Virus record (IMG/VR): IMGVR_UViG_3300045988_100160 | Span: 1-64,000 of that record | Length of the DNA: 64,000 nt | Source: a virus | Reading direction: 5' to 3' (one strand) | In this document: positions 52,949-62,390 of the stretch, piece after piece | How positions within the stretch are numbered: the first letter of the stretch is position 1 | How the letters are laid out: the number at the start of each line of letters is the position of its first letter | Translations under genes and position numbers: made by a program | The notes under the pieces: model-generated | What the model saw: only the letters and a program-made list of their open reading frames with translations | The model's database searches: none | Told to the model about the DNA's origin: nothing

Positions 52949-53553
52949 GCGTTTGCCCCTTTAAAACATCCTTCGATTGAGTTCATTAACCACTCATCGA
53001 CTGCTTCATTGATTGCATCTTCGAGTTCTATACACCAATAGAAAACCTCGGTCTCTACAATATGTAGTGGCTCTTGGGGTTCTAATGGTGGCAATGGTTT
53101 TGCCTTGGGATTTTTCCGTGGTAACGGTTTCTCAAGATTTTTACCATATAATTTACCGCTAGAGGTTGTGTCCTTTCCATCTTGTTTTGGCGAATGAACA
53201 GTCTCTCCTTTGGCACGACCTGTGATTGCATTTCCATTAGCTGTCCTAGCGTTGTTGAACCATGAGGAGTTCATATAGTCTGAGACATCTGGGTTACCCA
53301 TGTCTCCAATTTCTGTGCTACTATTGGTTACCATAAGTGAACCAGAGCCATACTCAAGGATAAAAGCACCAAGACCCTCAAAGTCTAAACCAAGTCTAAC
53401 CATGTTTTTGCTTGGTGTATATCTTCTAAGTGTTATGTCGTGAGCAGTATATTTGCCTTTGTCGTTCGCACTCCATTGTTGCTTGATGCGTTCAGTTAAA
53501 GCGAATAAATGGTCTTCGACAACCTTAGAGACAACATCTTGGATTGTTTCCAT
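52945..53553 (-). CDS. neck / head-tail joining protein (positional call)
   Basis: 202 aa, located in the head-tail connector block. Confidence 0.4.
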   Translation of the reverse strand: METIQDVVSKVVEDHLFALTERIKQQWSANDKGKYTAHDITLRRYTPSKNMVRLGLDFEGLGAFILEYGSGSLMVTNSSTEIGDMGNPDVSDYMNSSWFNNARTANGNAITGRAKGETVHSPKQDGKDTTSSGKLYGKNLEKPLPRKNPKAKPLPPLEPQEPLHIVETEVFYWCIELEDAINEAVDEWLMNSIEGCFKGANA

Positions 53554-53555
53554 GG

Positions 53556-54143
53556 TTAGCCACGCTCATCTGGTGAGCACTGCACATACAAGAACGGAGC
53601 AAAATCGAACTTGTTAATTGCATCAATTTGCAAGAACTGTCCATTGATTTCTATTCTGTCCAATAGTGCAACTTCTGTATCTTTGGGTAAAATAAAACGC
53701 TTGGTTGTAGTCGGTAGCAAGCCATAGTCGAACATATGCATTTTGGCAGAAACATCTTCGTATACACACTTTAAGTCTTTTACTTTTTGTGTAGCGGTGG
53801 TGCCTGCCGTGTTACCATATTCGTCTAATTGATTGTCAACACTATAGATATTTACTGTGGTATTTGTTGTATAAAACTCACCTTTATCTCCATTAAATGA
53901 GTTTGTTTTTGCGACCAAGAACAACGTATCGCCATTCTTGCGTTCGCAGATGTCTCCACACTCAAGTGCAGAGTCAGACATTAGATTTCCCCATCTGACA
54001 TTATTCACAAGAAACCGTTTAGTACCACGACCGATACGAGTAAATAACACAAACTCAGGTTTCTTGCCATCACATTTAACAGTCTCTCTCCATGATGCGA
54101 ACATCCGAGTACAGTCAAACTTCGGTGTATACTTTTCTTTCAT
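53556..54143 (-). CDS. neck / head-closure protein (positional call)
   Basis: 195 aa, located in the head-tail connector block. Confidence 0.4.
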   Translation of the reverse strand: MKEKYTPKFDCTRMFASWRETVKCDGKKPEFVLFTRIGRGTKRFLVNNVRWGNLMSDSALECGDICERKNGDTLFLVAKTNSFNGDKGEFYTTNTTVNIYSVDNQLDEYGNTAGTTATQKVKDLKCVYEDVSAKMHMFDYGLLPTTTKRFILPKDTEVALLDRIEINGQFLQIDAINKFDFAPFLYVQCSPDERG

Positions 54144-54155
54144 ATAACACCTCCG

Positions 54156-54728
54156 TTAAAATCTGTAGCGAGACAATAGAGACTTAATCTCGTTCGTAAA
54201 CAAATTAGGGTCAGCAAGGGAAAATCTAGCATCAAGTGTAGTCATTGAGTCTAATGCAGTAAAGGTAGATACTTGAGATATATTCATGGCAAGCATGGCA
54301 CATGCAGTTTTTACTTCTTCTGGGATTTCATCAAATCCATATTTGTATGTGACCTTGTAATATCTTGCACCACGTAAGAAGATTTTTGAGTATGACATTC
54401 TGTCGTTACTATTCAATAAGTAAACGTATTTACTGCCGTCAAAGTCATACAGATAGGGTTCTATTTCAACACCGACTTCACTAATATCTCGTGTATGAAT
54501 ACCTTGGATAGACTCAATATCTATCACAGGGTCATTTTTAAGAATAAGAACGCCTTTGCGGTTTGGATGAACCACTTCGGTTGTCACATTGGATGAAAAC
54601 TTGGATTTACCGTTGTTCGTTCCAACGTAGGCATCAATCATTGTCGATGCGAAACGAACATGAGTCTCATCAAAAGGAATGATTGAACCGTATTCGTCAA
54701 TCTCATTTTGTTCTAAGTACATCGACAT
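54156..54728 (-). CDS. head-tail connector / adaptor protein (positional call)
   Basis: 190 aa, second gene after the capsid gene. Confidence 0.4.
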   Translation of the reverse strand: MSMYLEQNEIDEYGSIIPFDETHVRFASTMIDAYVGTNNGKSKFSSNVTTEVVHPNRKGVLILKNDPVIDIESIQGIHTRDISEVGVEIEPYLYDFDGSKYVYLLNSNDRMSYSKIFLRGARYYKVTYKYGFDEIPEEVKTACAMLAMNISQVSTFTALDSMTTLDARFSLADPNLFTNEIKSLLSRYRF

Positions 54729-54741
54729 ATTGACTCTCCTG

Positions 54742-54951
54742 TTATTCAGCTTCCGTTTCTTCTTTTTCTTTAGACTGTTTTGTGTCTAAGGGTTTAACAA
54801 CTTTGCCAGATTTTTTATCCACAGGTTCTAATACAGCTTCATTTAAAGCGTATTCTTCCTCGGACACCTCAAAGCGACCGTTGTCAGATTCAATGATGCG
54901 ACCACATAAATAAATACGTTTTGCATCACTATCTTTTAATGTTACTAGCAT
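54742..54951 (-). CDS. small hypothetical head-module protein (69 aa)
   Basis: ORF track trimmed to ATG 54951 (GGAGA upstream). The longer ORF would run through the capsid terminator. Confidence 0.45.
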   Translation of the reverse strand: MLVTLKDSDAKRIYLCGRIIESDNGRFEVSEEEYALNEAVLEPVDKKSGKVVKPLDTKQSKEKEETEAE

Positions 54952-54968
54952 ATGTATCTCCATTCGGT

Positions 54969-54997
54969 TAAAACATTGGGGTGTCAAAAGACACCCC
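54969..54997 (-). terminator. rho-independent terminator after the major capsid gene
   Basis: GGGGTGTC/GACACCCC stem with loop AAAA, then AATGTTTT on the minus strand. Confidence 0.7.
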
Positions 54998-55024
54998 TGT
55001 GATTAATCGTTTGAATTAGGCGTA

Positions 55025-56047
55025 TTACGCTTCAACAAAATCAACTTTGAAGTGAGCACCTGCATCTGCACCTTTGGCAACAACTGCATCAAACAATACT
55101 GCAACATACTCGTCAAGCAAGTCTTTAGTGTCACCCATTTTGAATACACGAGCTTCGGAATCGCCAACCCAATGACGTTCAATTAAGTTTTCGTTTACAA
55201 CATACAATGTATGTTTTTTATTGGATGGGTCATATGGGATATAGTTATCTGGGATTAATGGCAAGTAGCCAGCTTGAGTACGGATAGTATTTACGATGAA
55301 ACCATTGCCTAAATCAACTTTATCAGCAGATTGGTCTACACTAAAGTTAGGACGGCGAAGCTCTGCACGACTTAAGTAATCAATAGTCAATGGGTTCGCA
55401 TAGATAGCTGTAGGCATACCTACGAACTTAGTAGATGCCAAGTTTTGAGCCATTTTAGTACGAATAGTATCTGTTACAAAGTCGCCAGAAGCTGTTGCAA
55501 AACTGTAAGGGTTAGCCACAGTTACAGAGTCTGTAATTTGTGTTGCCAAACCACAGTATTCAGTAGCAGTAGAGTCTTCTGTAGAAGTTGCATCACCTGT
55601 CCAAATACCCTTGTTAGATGTTTGGTATAAATCCACAAGCATATCAGCCATGTCTTTGTTCAACATTTGTTTAGCCAATTCATCGCCTTGTTGAGCAACA
55701 ATATCTTGATCAAATAAAGAATATTTAATACCAGAAGTGATTGCTTTAATAAACAACGCACGTTCTTTACGACCGTAGTCTTCATCGTAAGCACCTGTAA
55801 CACCGTATTTACCAGAGTCACCTGTACGTGCATCTACGAATTTTGCGTTGTGTGCAATCTTAGTTTGTTCCCAGTAGCGAGATGGATGACCTGTCGCCAT
55901 TACGGATTTGATACGGTCACGAATTGTCACTTGACGGTTTAACAAGTCAAGCATGTCTTTTTGGAACTTAGGAAGTTCGATGTAGTGAGATTGATTGTAA
56001 TCTGCAACTGCTGCCGCAGAAATAAAACCTGTTTTAGTTACTGCCAT
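55025..56047 (-). CDS. major capsid protein
   Basis: 340 aa. Follows the protease-scaffold gene. AGGAGA upstream. C/T-ending codon bias. Own terminator. Confidence 0.75.
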   Translation of the reverse strand: MAVTKTGFISAAAVADYNQSHYIELPKFQKDMLDLLNRQVTIRDRIKSVMATGHPSRYWEQTKIAHNAKFVDARTGDSGKYGVTGAYDEDYGRKERALFIKAITSGIKYSLFDQDIVAQQGDELAKQMLNKDMADMLVDLYQTSNKGIWTGDATSTEDSTATEYCGLATQITDSVTVANPYSFATASGDFVTDTIRTKMAQNLASTKFVGMPTAIYANPLTIDYLSRAELRRPNFSVDQSADKVDLGNGFIVNTIRTQAGYLPLIPDNYIPYDPSNKKHTLYVVNENLIERHWVGDSEARVFKMGDTKDLLDEYVAVLFDAVVAKGADAGAHFKVDFVEA

Positions 56048-56094
56048 ATTATGTAGTCTCCTGTTATAAATAGTTTACCAATAGTGTTTCTGTA

Positions 56095-56997
56095 TTATAA
56101 TACAGAGCTAACCATATCTGCGAAGTCTGTGAATTTTTCTTTCTTACCAGCTTCAAGTTTTGCTTTTGTTTCAAGATTTTTAACATCAGAAACAATAGGT
56201 GTTTCTTTTGCGGATGCTTCGATTTCTGCATCTTTGTCAGCAACAGCTTTTTCTAATTCAGCAATTTTCGCATCTTTTTCAGCGATTGTTGCATCTTTAG
56301 CAGAACATTCAGTAGTCAAACGTTCAACCTCTGCTTTTGTAGTTGCCAATTCTTGAGCTTCAACTTTTGCTTGTTCAGCTTTTGCATTAGCTTCTAATTG
56401 AGCCTTGATTGTTTCTTCAATAAGGTTTTGAATTTCTTGTTTTTCCATTTGTTTTCCTTTCGCTGCTTTTGCAGCAATTTCAGCAATATAAGTGTTTTGG
56501 TATGCGGCTGCGTTTTTAAACAACATTGCAACACCAGTAAATTCGACATCTGCCATTTCAATATAGTCTTCGTGTTCTCGAAGATTAAACATGGCTTCCA
56601 CGGAGAACCCAAGGGAGTCAACGGTCTTTTTAATGAAGTCCGCAATATCTGGGAAATCATTTTTATACATGATGCCTGTAAACTTTAGCTCATCACCATC
56701 GACCCAACACTTTTCGACAACACCAATTTTATTTCTTTGATTGTGAGTAGTCATAAGTTCATCTGGAAATAACCATGGGTCATAATCACAATTAATACCC
56801 ATAAGGTTCATTGTAGATGCACATTTTCTAGCTTCATCCGAAGATAATACCACTGGTCTGTCAACACCATTAGGCGTGTAATCAGACGGTGTGTTCAAAA
56901 ACATACAAGTTCCTGTAAAACGCATTGCATTGGGGTGTAAATTATCAAGAGTTACACTAATTGCATTAGCTTGCAAGAATACCTTTTGCTTATTCAC
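56095..56997 (-). CDS. prohead protease - scaffold fusion protein
   Basis: N-terminal half has HK97-protease-like motifs (TTHNQRNKIGVV...DGDELKFTG, LGFSVEA). C-terminal half is an A/E/K-rich coiled coil (AKAEQAKVEAQELATTKAEVERL). Confidence 0.6.
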   Translation of the reverse strand: MNKQKVFLQANAISVTLDNLHPNAMRFTGTCMFLNTPSDYTPNGVDRPVVLSSDEARKCASTMNLMGINCDYDPWLFPDELMTTHNQRNKIGVVEKCWVDGDELKFTGIMYKNDFPDIADFIKKTVDSLGFSVEAMFNLREHEDYIEMADVEFTGVAMLFKNAAAYQNTYIAEIAAKAAKGKQMEKQEIQNLIEETIKAQLEANAKAEQAKVEAQELATTKAEVERLTTECSAKDATIAEKDAKIAELEKAVADKDAEIEASAKETPIVSDVKNLETKAKLEAGKKEKFTDFADMVSSVL

Positions 56998-58294
56998 TAT
57001 CTGTCTCTCCTTTCTCCGTAGATTTCTCTAAAGGAACATCTTGTGGGGTGGATGTCACTCGTTGTTCAATTAGAGATGATTTATATTCATCGAGCAATTG
57101 ATTGCCCTTTTGAATATCAGGGAGTTCAATACCAAGAACGCCATTTAGTTCTTGACGAGCCTCGTTGATTGTGATAACATTACCATCAACAAGTTTTCTA
57201 ACTCGTTCAACGGCATCAGCTTGTTGAGCTTTAGTAGGAGTAAACACAAAACGGAACTCGATTTTGCCACCATATCCAAGTCTATCTACGACATACTTAT
57301 TGATGGCACGTTCAAATATCTTCGCCCATGGCTTAATTGTATATTCCAACATCTCGTTGTCTTTTTCAGATGATGTAGAACGGTCATTTGAGATAGCAAC
57401 CCCAAGTCGTTCTGGTGGAATATTAAAGCATGTGGCAATGATTTGTAGTAATAACTTTTGCCAATTTAGAGATGCTGACTCGTCACCAATTGGAGATACT
57501 TGTTTTGCATCTAATTGCGTTGTACCAACAATCGCAACAGCGGATTGACCTTGGATTTCACTTTCGATGTAAACTCGAACTTTCTCGATTTCTTCTTGGG
57601 ATGCGTTTGCACCAAGATTAATCAAATACTTTGGCATCGCATTAGAGGAAATATCGTTTGCATACTCTTGTACCTCAGACAGATACTTGATATGCCTGTA
57701 TGCTTGCTCTAATGGAGAATAACCAAATTCATCATAGGTCAATTTCGTGCGTTGTAACATTGCGATTTTGTCACATTTATACCACTCTTGAACACCATTG
57801 GCGTTCTGCATGTATCTTGGTTGGTTTAAATCACCAGACCAATTTGTGACAACTTCGATTGTTTGAGCATCAATAGGGAACAAATATAAAGGTCTGTCAC
57901 GCTTGACAACCTTTTGTTCAAAAAATGCTAGGTCTAACACAATTAAATCTTCAAATAGTTTACCAATGAAATCGTAGTAGTCGTCCACAGGATTAGGTTG
58001 TTTGATGATTTCGGTTACTTTACGAATTGCTTTTTTATTTTCATTATCATCAATCGAAACAACCTCCCATGGCAATGCTAGGATGCCCTCTCGTATCTGA
58101 TTAATAGCACTTCTAGCGATAGGTGTTTTTGCCATGTTTCGTAACGCATCGACACTCAACTTAGTTTCCGTGTTTTTGCGTTTCTTATTACCCCAACGAC
58201 CAAACCATGTTTGTGTGACATTGGCAATAGTATCTCGTGTAACGAAAGCACTCATCCATGCGTAAATTTTTTCTCGTAGGTTCATCGTTTCCAA
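56990..58294 (-). CDS. portal protein
   Basis: 434 aa. Lies between the large terminase and the protease, overlapping both. Confidence 0.75.
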   Translation of the reverse strand: METMNLREKIYAWMSAFVTRDTIANVTQTWFGRWGNKKRKNTETKLSVDALRNMAKTPIARSAINQIREGILALPWEVVSIDDNENKKAIRKVTEIIKQPNPVDDYYDFIGKLFEDLIVLDLAFFEQKVVKRDRPLYLFPIDAQTIEVVTNWSGDLNQPRYMQNANGVQEWYKCDKIAMLQRTKLTYDEFGYSPLEQAYRHIKYLSEVQEYANDISSNAMPKYLINLGANASQEEIEKVRVYIESEIQGQSAVAIVGTTQLDAKQVSPIGDESASLNWQKLLLQIIATCFNIPPERLGVAISNDRSTSSEKDNEMLEYTIKPWAKIFERAINKYVVDRLGYGGKIEFRFVFTPTKAQQADAVERVRKLVDGNVITINEARQELNGVLGIELPDIQKGNQLLDEYKSSLIEQRVTSTPQDVPLEKSTEKGETDSE

Positions 58295-59964
58295 CCTTTC
58301 ATGAATGATAGTGTGTCCATTCGTTTCTTACGAATTGTACCCATCGCACCAACATTGATAGTCGATGAGTTTTCTAAGAATTTAGATATACACCGTTCCA
58401 AACAGTCAGGTGCATCATCGTGGTCTTTCGGAAAGTTCTTAAGTTGACTTTCGAGAACACGATGGTTTTTGTTAAACTTGATGTACCCCTGTTTTATCTT
58501 CGGTGCAAGCGAGCGTATTCGAGTACCCTTGTTGTCGCTCGCTGTACTACGAGCAGAAATCCAGTTTACATACAGACCCATATCAATAGCAGTCTGTTGT
58601 AATGTCTTCGAGAAGAACTCTTGGAATACGTTTTCTTCTACAATGAAACCGTCTAAACGACCATTGTATTTGTCGAGATACAACAGTATATCATTAATAA
58701 TAATATCTGGTGACCTGCGTTCAATGTCGGCTTCCAATACATATAAGTAGTTATCTACGCCACGACCGACGAATATAATCGCAGAATAATCAGATGTCCG
58801 TGACTTACCCATTGATAAATCGACAGATGCATATATCTGCTTCATCTTAGGTAAGTTCGTTTCGTTATAATAGTTAGCCTTAATCCACGACTCTTTAAAT
58901 ACTCGGCTTGCTTCGGTCATAGGATTGTTTTGATACTCGGAGTTAAATGCTTCATCATCTTGCATACGCAAAATCATGAGTTCTTGATACCAGTTATCAC
59001 GAGACAATCTCATTTTCTCTTCGTATGAACAATTAAGGTGTTCGAACAAACCAAAGTTACGACCCTCCCACATTATTTTGACACCGTCCATCATTTCATC
59101 TCGATGTTCTTCAAAATAATCAGATGCGTTCTTTGCCGCATCTGGGTCGGACAAGTCATTAAAGATTTCTTCCCATACAGTCCAACAAGGACTTTCGGAA
59201 AACGTGTATACGGCTTTATATGTTGCACGGTTCCAGTTGTTAAACTTGGAGTCGGTCAACACTTTATATAGTAATGATTCATAATGCAACACCGAACCAA
59301 CATATAAAAATACAGTTCGAGGATTGCCAATCGGCATCAATACTTTCATGAACCAATCATATAATTTCTTACGTTGGTTTTCTGTTTCTACTGCTTCGTC
59401 ATTCTCAAGGTCGTCTAAGATAACAACTTCTGGTCGAATATTGTTATAACTTGAACCACGTAAGGATTGACCGCTTGACTTTGCAAACACTTGAATTTTG
59501 TTTTTTGTAACAATCTTGTCGCTCGCCCATGTCTTATCACCTTTAAGAAGACCAAAGTCTTTTTTCAAACGTTCATTGTCTTCAAGTTCGTCTTTTATCG
59601 TTTGAATGAACTCTTTGGCTTGTTCAAAGGTATCAGATATAATCAGTATGTTCTTACGATAACCATACACGATTAACCATATAGGGAACACGACCGAGAT
59701 AATACGGCTCTTGCCGTGACCTCGTGGTGCCGCACGAACAAACTTGTTATGCAAGTTGTCAAAGTGCAGTATCATATTTTCTGCATCCCTAAACATCGAA
59801 TGATGAAAGTCGCAGAATGGAGTAGAGAATATATGGGGAAAATATGTCTTAGCGAAATGTTCCAAGTTTGTAGCACCAATATCTTTGTCAGTTGGTGTGT
59901 TATCACTTGGCTCTGTTGTCGCTCGAGATGCCCCTAGTAGCGTGTCTAAAATGTTTTCAGCCAT
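58282..59964 (-). CDS. terL: terminase large subunit
   Basis: Walker A-like APRGHGKS and Walker B VVILDDLEND, with a C-terminal nuclease-sized domain. Start trimmed to ATG 59964 (AGGAGG upstream). Confidence 0.85.
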   Translation of the reverse strand: MAENILDTLLGASRATTEPSDNTPTDKDIGATNLEHFAKTYFPHIFSTPFCDFHHSMFRDAENMILHFDNLHNKFVRAAPRGHGKSRIISVVFPIWLIVYGYRKNILIISDTFEQAKEFIQTIKDELEDNERLKKDFGLLKGDKTWASDKIVTKNKIQVFAKSSGQSLRGSSYNNIRPEVVILDDLENDEAVETENQRKKLYDWFMKVLMPIGNPRTVFLYVGSVLHYESLLYKVLTDSKFNNWNRATYKAVYTFSESPCWTVWEEIFNDLSDPDAAKNASDYFEEHRDEMMDGVKIMWEGRNFGLFEHLNCSYEEKMRLSRDNWYQELMILRMQDDEAFNSEYQNNPMTEASRVFKESWIKANYYNETNLPKMKQIYASVDLSMGKSRTSDYSAIIFVGRGVDNYLYVLEADIERRSPDIIINDILLYLDKYNGRLDGFIVEENVFQEFFSKTLQQTAIDMGLYVNWISARSTASDNKGTRIRSLAPKIKQGYIKFNKNHRVLESQLKNFPKDHDDAPDCLERCISKFLENSSTINVGAMGTIRKKRMDTLSFMKGWKR

Positions 59965-59992
59965 TAACACACCTCCTTACAGAAAATTCGTT

Positions 59993-60030
59993 CTCTATAT
60001 ATAGTATAAAACACTTTAATTTTGTAACAC
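59993..60030. repeat. 38-bp conserved element, copy b (CTCTATATATAGTATAAAACACTTTAATTTTGTAACAC)
   Basis: 34/38 identical to copy c and 32/38 to copy a. Lies between terS and terL. Confidence 0.7.
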
Positions 60031-60049
60031 TTTTTTTTGAGAAAAACTA

Positions 60050-60658
60050 TCAATTTTGTTGAATTTTTGCATAATTTGCCAATAAAATCTTATTATCTTT
60101 CATCTGTTCACGCACTTTATTCGCCAAAACAGGGTCTTCTTTATTAATAATATCCATAATTTCAACGATAATAGAGTTCATAGCTTGGAATGTATAAATT
60201 TTCTCTGCGACTGTTTGCATGTCCTTTAGGATAGATTGTTTTCTTGCGATATATTTCTCTTGGTCTAACATTAAGTCTTTCATACGCTTGTAAATAACAT
60301 CGGCATCCGAATAACCAGTCGCCTGTTGACATTGTAAGTCGTCAATAAAGAGTTGTATCATTTCGATTTGTGTTTCAACCATATCAAGTAAGTTCTTTTG
60401 TTGGTTATAGGTGTTAACAACTTCGGTTTCTTCCGATGGTTGCATCTCTTGGACTAAATTTGTGCGACACCAATCACCGACCATCTTAGGTGTAATTAAG
60501 ATATTCTGTAGTTCGCCCTTATGTTCTTTATTCAATTGTCGTGCGATGGCTGTGTATGACTTACCAGCGTTTCGCCAATCGGTTACATAGTCGCCGAGAC
60601 CAAAAAAGTCAATGCGGTTCTCATAACCTTTCTTACGTTTTAATGCGACTTCATTCAT
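60050..60658 (-). CDS. terS: terminase small subunit (HTH-containing)
   Basis: 202 aa, directly upstream of terL. HTH-like segment KSYTAIARQLNKEHKG. Confidence 0.6.
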   Translation of the reverse strand: MNEVALKRKKGYENRIDFFGLGDYVTDWRNAGKSYTAIARQLNKEHKGELQNILITPKMVGDWCRTNLVQEMQPSEETEVVNTYNQQKNLLDMVETQIEMIQLFIDDLQCQQATGYSDADVIYKRMKDLMLDQEKYIARKQSILKDMQTVAEKIYTFQAMNSIIVEIMDIINKEDPVLANKVREQMKDNKILLANYAKIQQN

Positions 60659-60693
60659 AATGTCAGATTCTCCAAAAATATTTCAAAAAGTTG

Positions 60694-60722
60694 TTGACAC
60701 GATATATTTCATCATGTATTAT
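60694..60722 (+). promoter_or_regulatory. sigma-70 promoter TTGACA-17-TATTAT for the recombinase unit
   Basis: TTGACA at 60694..60699 and TATTAT at 60717..60722. Confidence 0.65.
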
Positions 60723-60760
60723 ATAAGTAGAAACAGGAAACATACAGGAGGAAATAAATC

Positions 60761-61291
60761 ATGGCTAATACAACAGAACCAATCAGAAATTTATCCAAAG
60801 TCCAAGAAATGAAACAAGCACTTGGCAACGACCGAGACAAAATGTTATTCACCCTTGGTATTAACTCTGGTCTCCGCATCAGCGACCTAGTAGGGTTGAC
60901 CGTAGATGATGTTAAACCAGAGATGGAATTGTATGAACAAAAAACAGGTAAGTTTAAACGGTTCATGTTATCCAAAGAAGTGTACGCATTGTTATGCGAA
61001 TACGCAAGCCGATGCAAGCATTGGCTGTTCCCAAGTCGCTCTGGTGACGGTCATATCTCAACTGTACAAGCGTGGAGAAAAATCAAGGCTGCATCCGTGA
61101 AATGCGGTTTAGATAACATCGGTACACACTCTATGCGTAAAACCTTTGGGTATCACGCATACCGCAAGGGTGTACCAATTGCATACCTTATGCAAGTCTT
61201 TAATCACTCCTCGGAAGCAATCACAATGCGATACATTGGTATCACAACCGAGGAATTAAATACTAAAGTTTATGCCATTATGGCTTTATAA
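60761..61291 (+). CDS. tyrosine site-specific recombinase, catalytic domain only (176 aa)
   Basis: Candidate R-K-H-R-H-Y catalytic set: GLRISDL, KTGKFKRF, HSMRKTF, NHSS, MRYIG. Only about 25 residues precede the first catalytic Arg. AGGAGG upstream. Confidence 0.8.
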   Translation: MANTTEPIRNLSKVQEMKQALGNDRDKMLFTLGINSGLRISDLVGLTVDDVKPEMELYEQKTGKFKRFMLSKEVYALLCEYASRCKHWLFPSRSGDGHISTVQAWRKIKAASVKCGLDNIGTHSMRKTFGYHAYRKGVPIAYLMQVFNHSSEAITMRYIGITTEELNTKVYAIMAL

Positions 61292-61306
61292 CAGGAGGAG
61301 AAACTT

Positions 61307-61561
61307 ATGATTGCAACTATTTTAATTCTATTATTGGTTACAGCAGTTAGTCTTGCGATTGCTTTGGTAGTCGGATGGTTGACATCGCCACGAACAGCAG
61401 GGTTCTTATATATTATTGTCGCTGGCATGTTTGGTGCATCCACTATTAGTAATATCTTAGATGGTACTGTAAGATTTGGTGACTCTTGGTTATCTTTTGC
61501 AATTTGTGCAATCTTTATTTATATCGGATTGCGATTCATTGCCGAGTTCCCAGAGTATTAA
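61307..61561 (+). CDS. small integral membrane protein (84 aa, 3 hydrophobic helices)
   Basis: ORF track. AGGAGGAG upstream. Co-oriented with the recombinase. Confidence 0.6.
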   Translation: MIATILILLLVTAVSLAIALVVGWLTSPRTAGFLYIIVAGMFGASTISNILDGTVRFGDSWLSFAICAIFIYIGLRFIAEFPEY

Positions 61562-61576
61562 TCACAAAGCAATCAA

Positions 61577-61636
61577 CAGGGCATACATAAGTTTATATCT
61601 TATGATATATTCTTATGTATGCCCTGTTTGTGTTTC
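61577..61636 (+). terminator. rho-independent terminator (15-bp stem)
   Basis: CAGGGCATACATAAG (61577..61591) pairs with CTTATGTATGCCCTG (61612..61626), then TTTGTGTTT. Confidence 0.7.
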
Positions 61637-61932
61637 TTGGGGTTGAGTCTGTATGTCTCACCTGTATGTTGTTCTGTAGGCTCATAGGTTAGGTCTCAAA
61701 CATAATATCTGACTATAAAGCAAACACGTTAGTGTTTATTGTCGAAGACAATCCTATAGGTATATACTTATGTATTCTTTAGAGTATTCTTGTTTAGATT
61801 GCTTCGCAATACTCCTTACGGAGTGTCTTTCAAGTCGGTTTCTTAAGTTTGGGGCAAAACCCTTTTTCAAAAGCTGTTTCTTAAAACTCTTTCAAGAAAA
61901 CCATCGCTTTAAAACCTATAAGTGAAAACTCT

Positions 61933-61970
61933 CTCTATATATAGGGTAAAACACTTGATTTTTGTAACAC
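61933..61970. repeat. 38-bp conserved element, copy c (CTCTATATATAGGGTAAAACACTTGATTTTTGTAACAC)
   Basis: 34/38 identical to copy b. Lies in ORF-free DNA. Confidence 0.7.
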
Positions 61971-62366
61971 ATTTTTCATAAAATTGGATAAATATTTTAT
62001 TTTACAAGCTAAAATTTACCCCTCAAAAATGCCACTCCGCCCAGTAAACATCTGCGTTTTGAGACTTGAAAAAATTTTTTAGCTTTTATGAGTAAAAAAT
62101 GCCACATAAGTCTTAAATCGGTAAAATCCGATACATGATTTTTAACTCACGCCACACTAGGTTGGTGTCACTACACTAGGCTTACGACAGTATAATTCTT
62201 GGGTTGGACACAATTTGACCCACGTGGGATAAAATCGAACGAATGTACGTTGGAAAACACAACCATAGTATTATGACGAGTTTTCGCCAACGCCATCCTA
62301 GGGTCGTGATTTTTGGTGGAAAATATTTTGGCTTCGGCTGCAAGTTAGTCTGACTAAAAATAAAGC

Positions 62367-62390
62367 AATCACCATACTAGTATGGTGATT
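62367..62390. repeat. 24-bp perfect palindrome AATCACCATACT|AGTATGGTGATT
   Basis: Read directly from the sequence. The half-site CA(C/T)CATACTAG recurs at 62509..62523 and 62974..62989. Confidence 0.8.

Noticed and set aside
60761-61291. Calling the recombinase a lysogeny integrase and the phage temperate
   Set aside because: I saw no arm-binding or core-binding N-terminal domain, no recognisable CI/Cro-type switch, and no identifiable attP with a tRNA-gene match. Only a generic recombinase call is supported.
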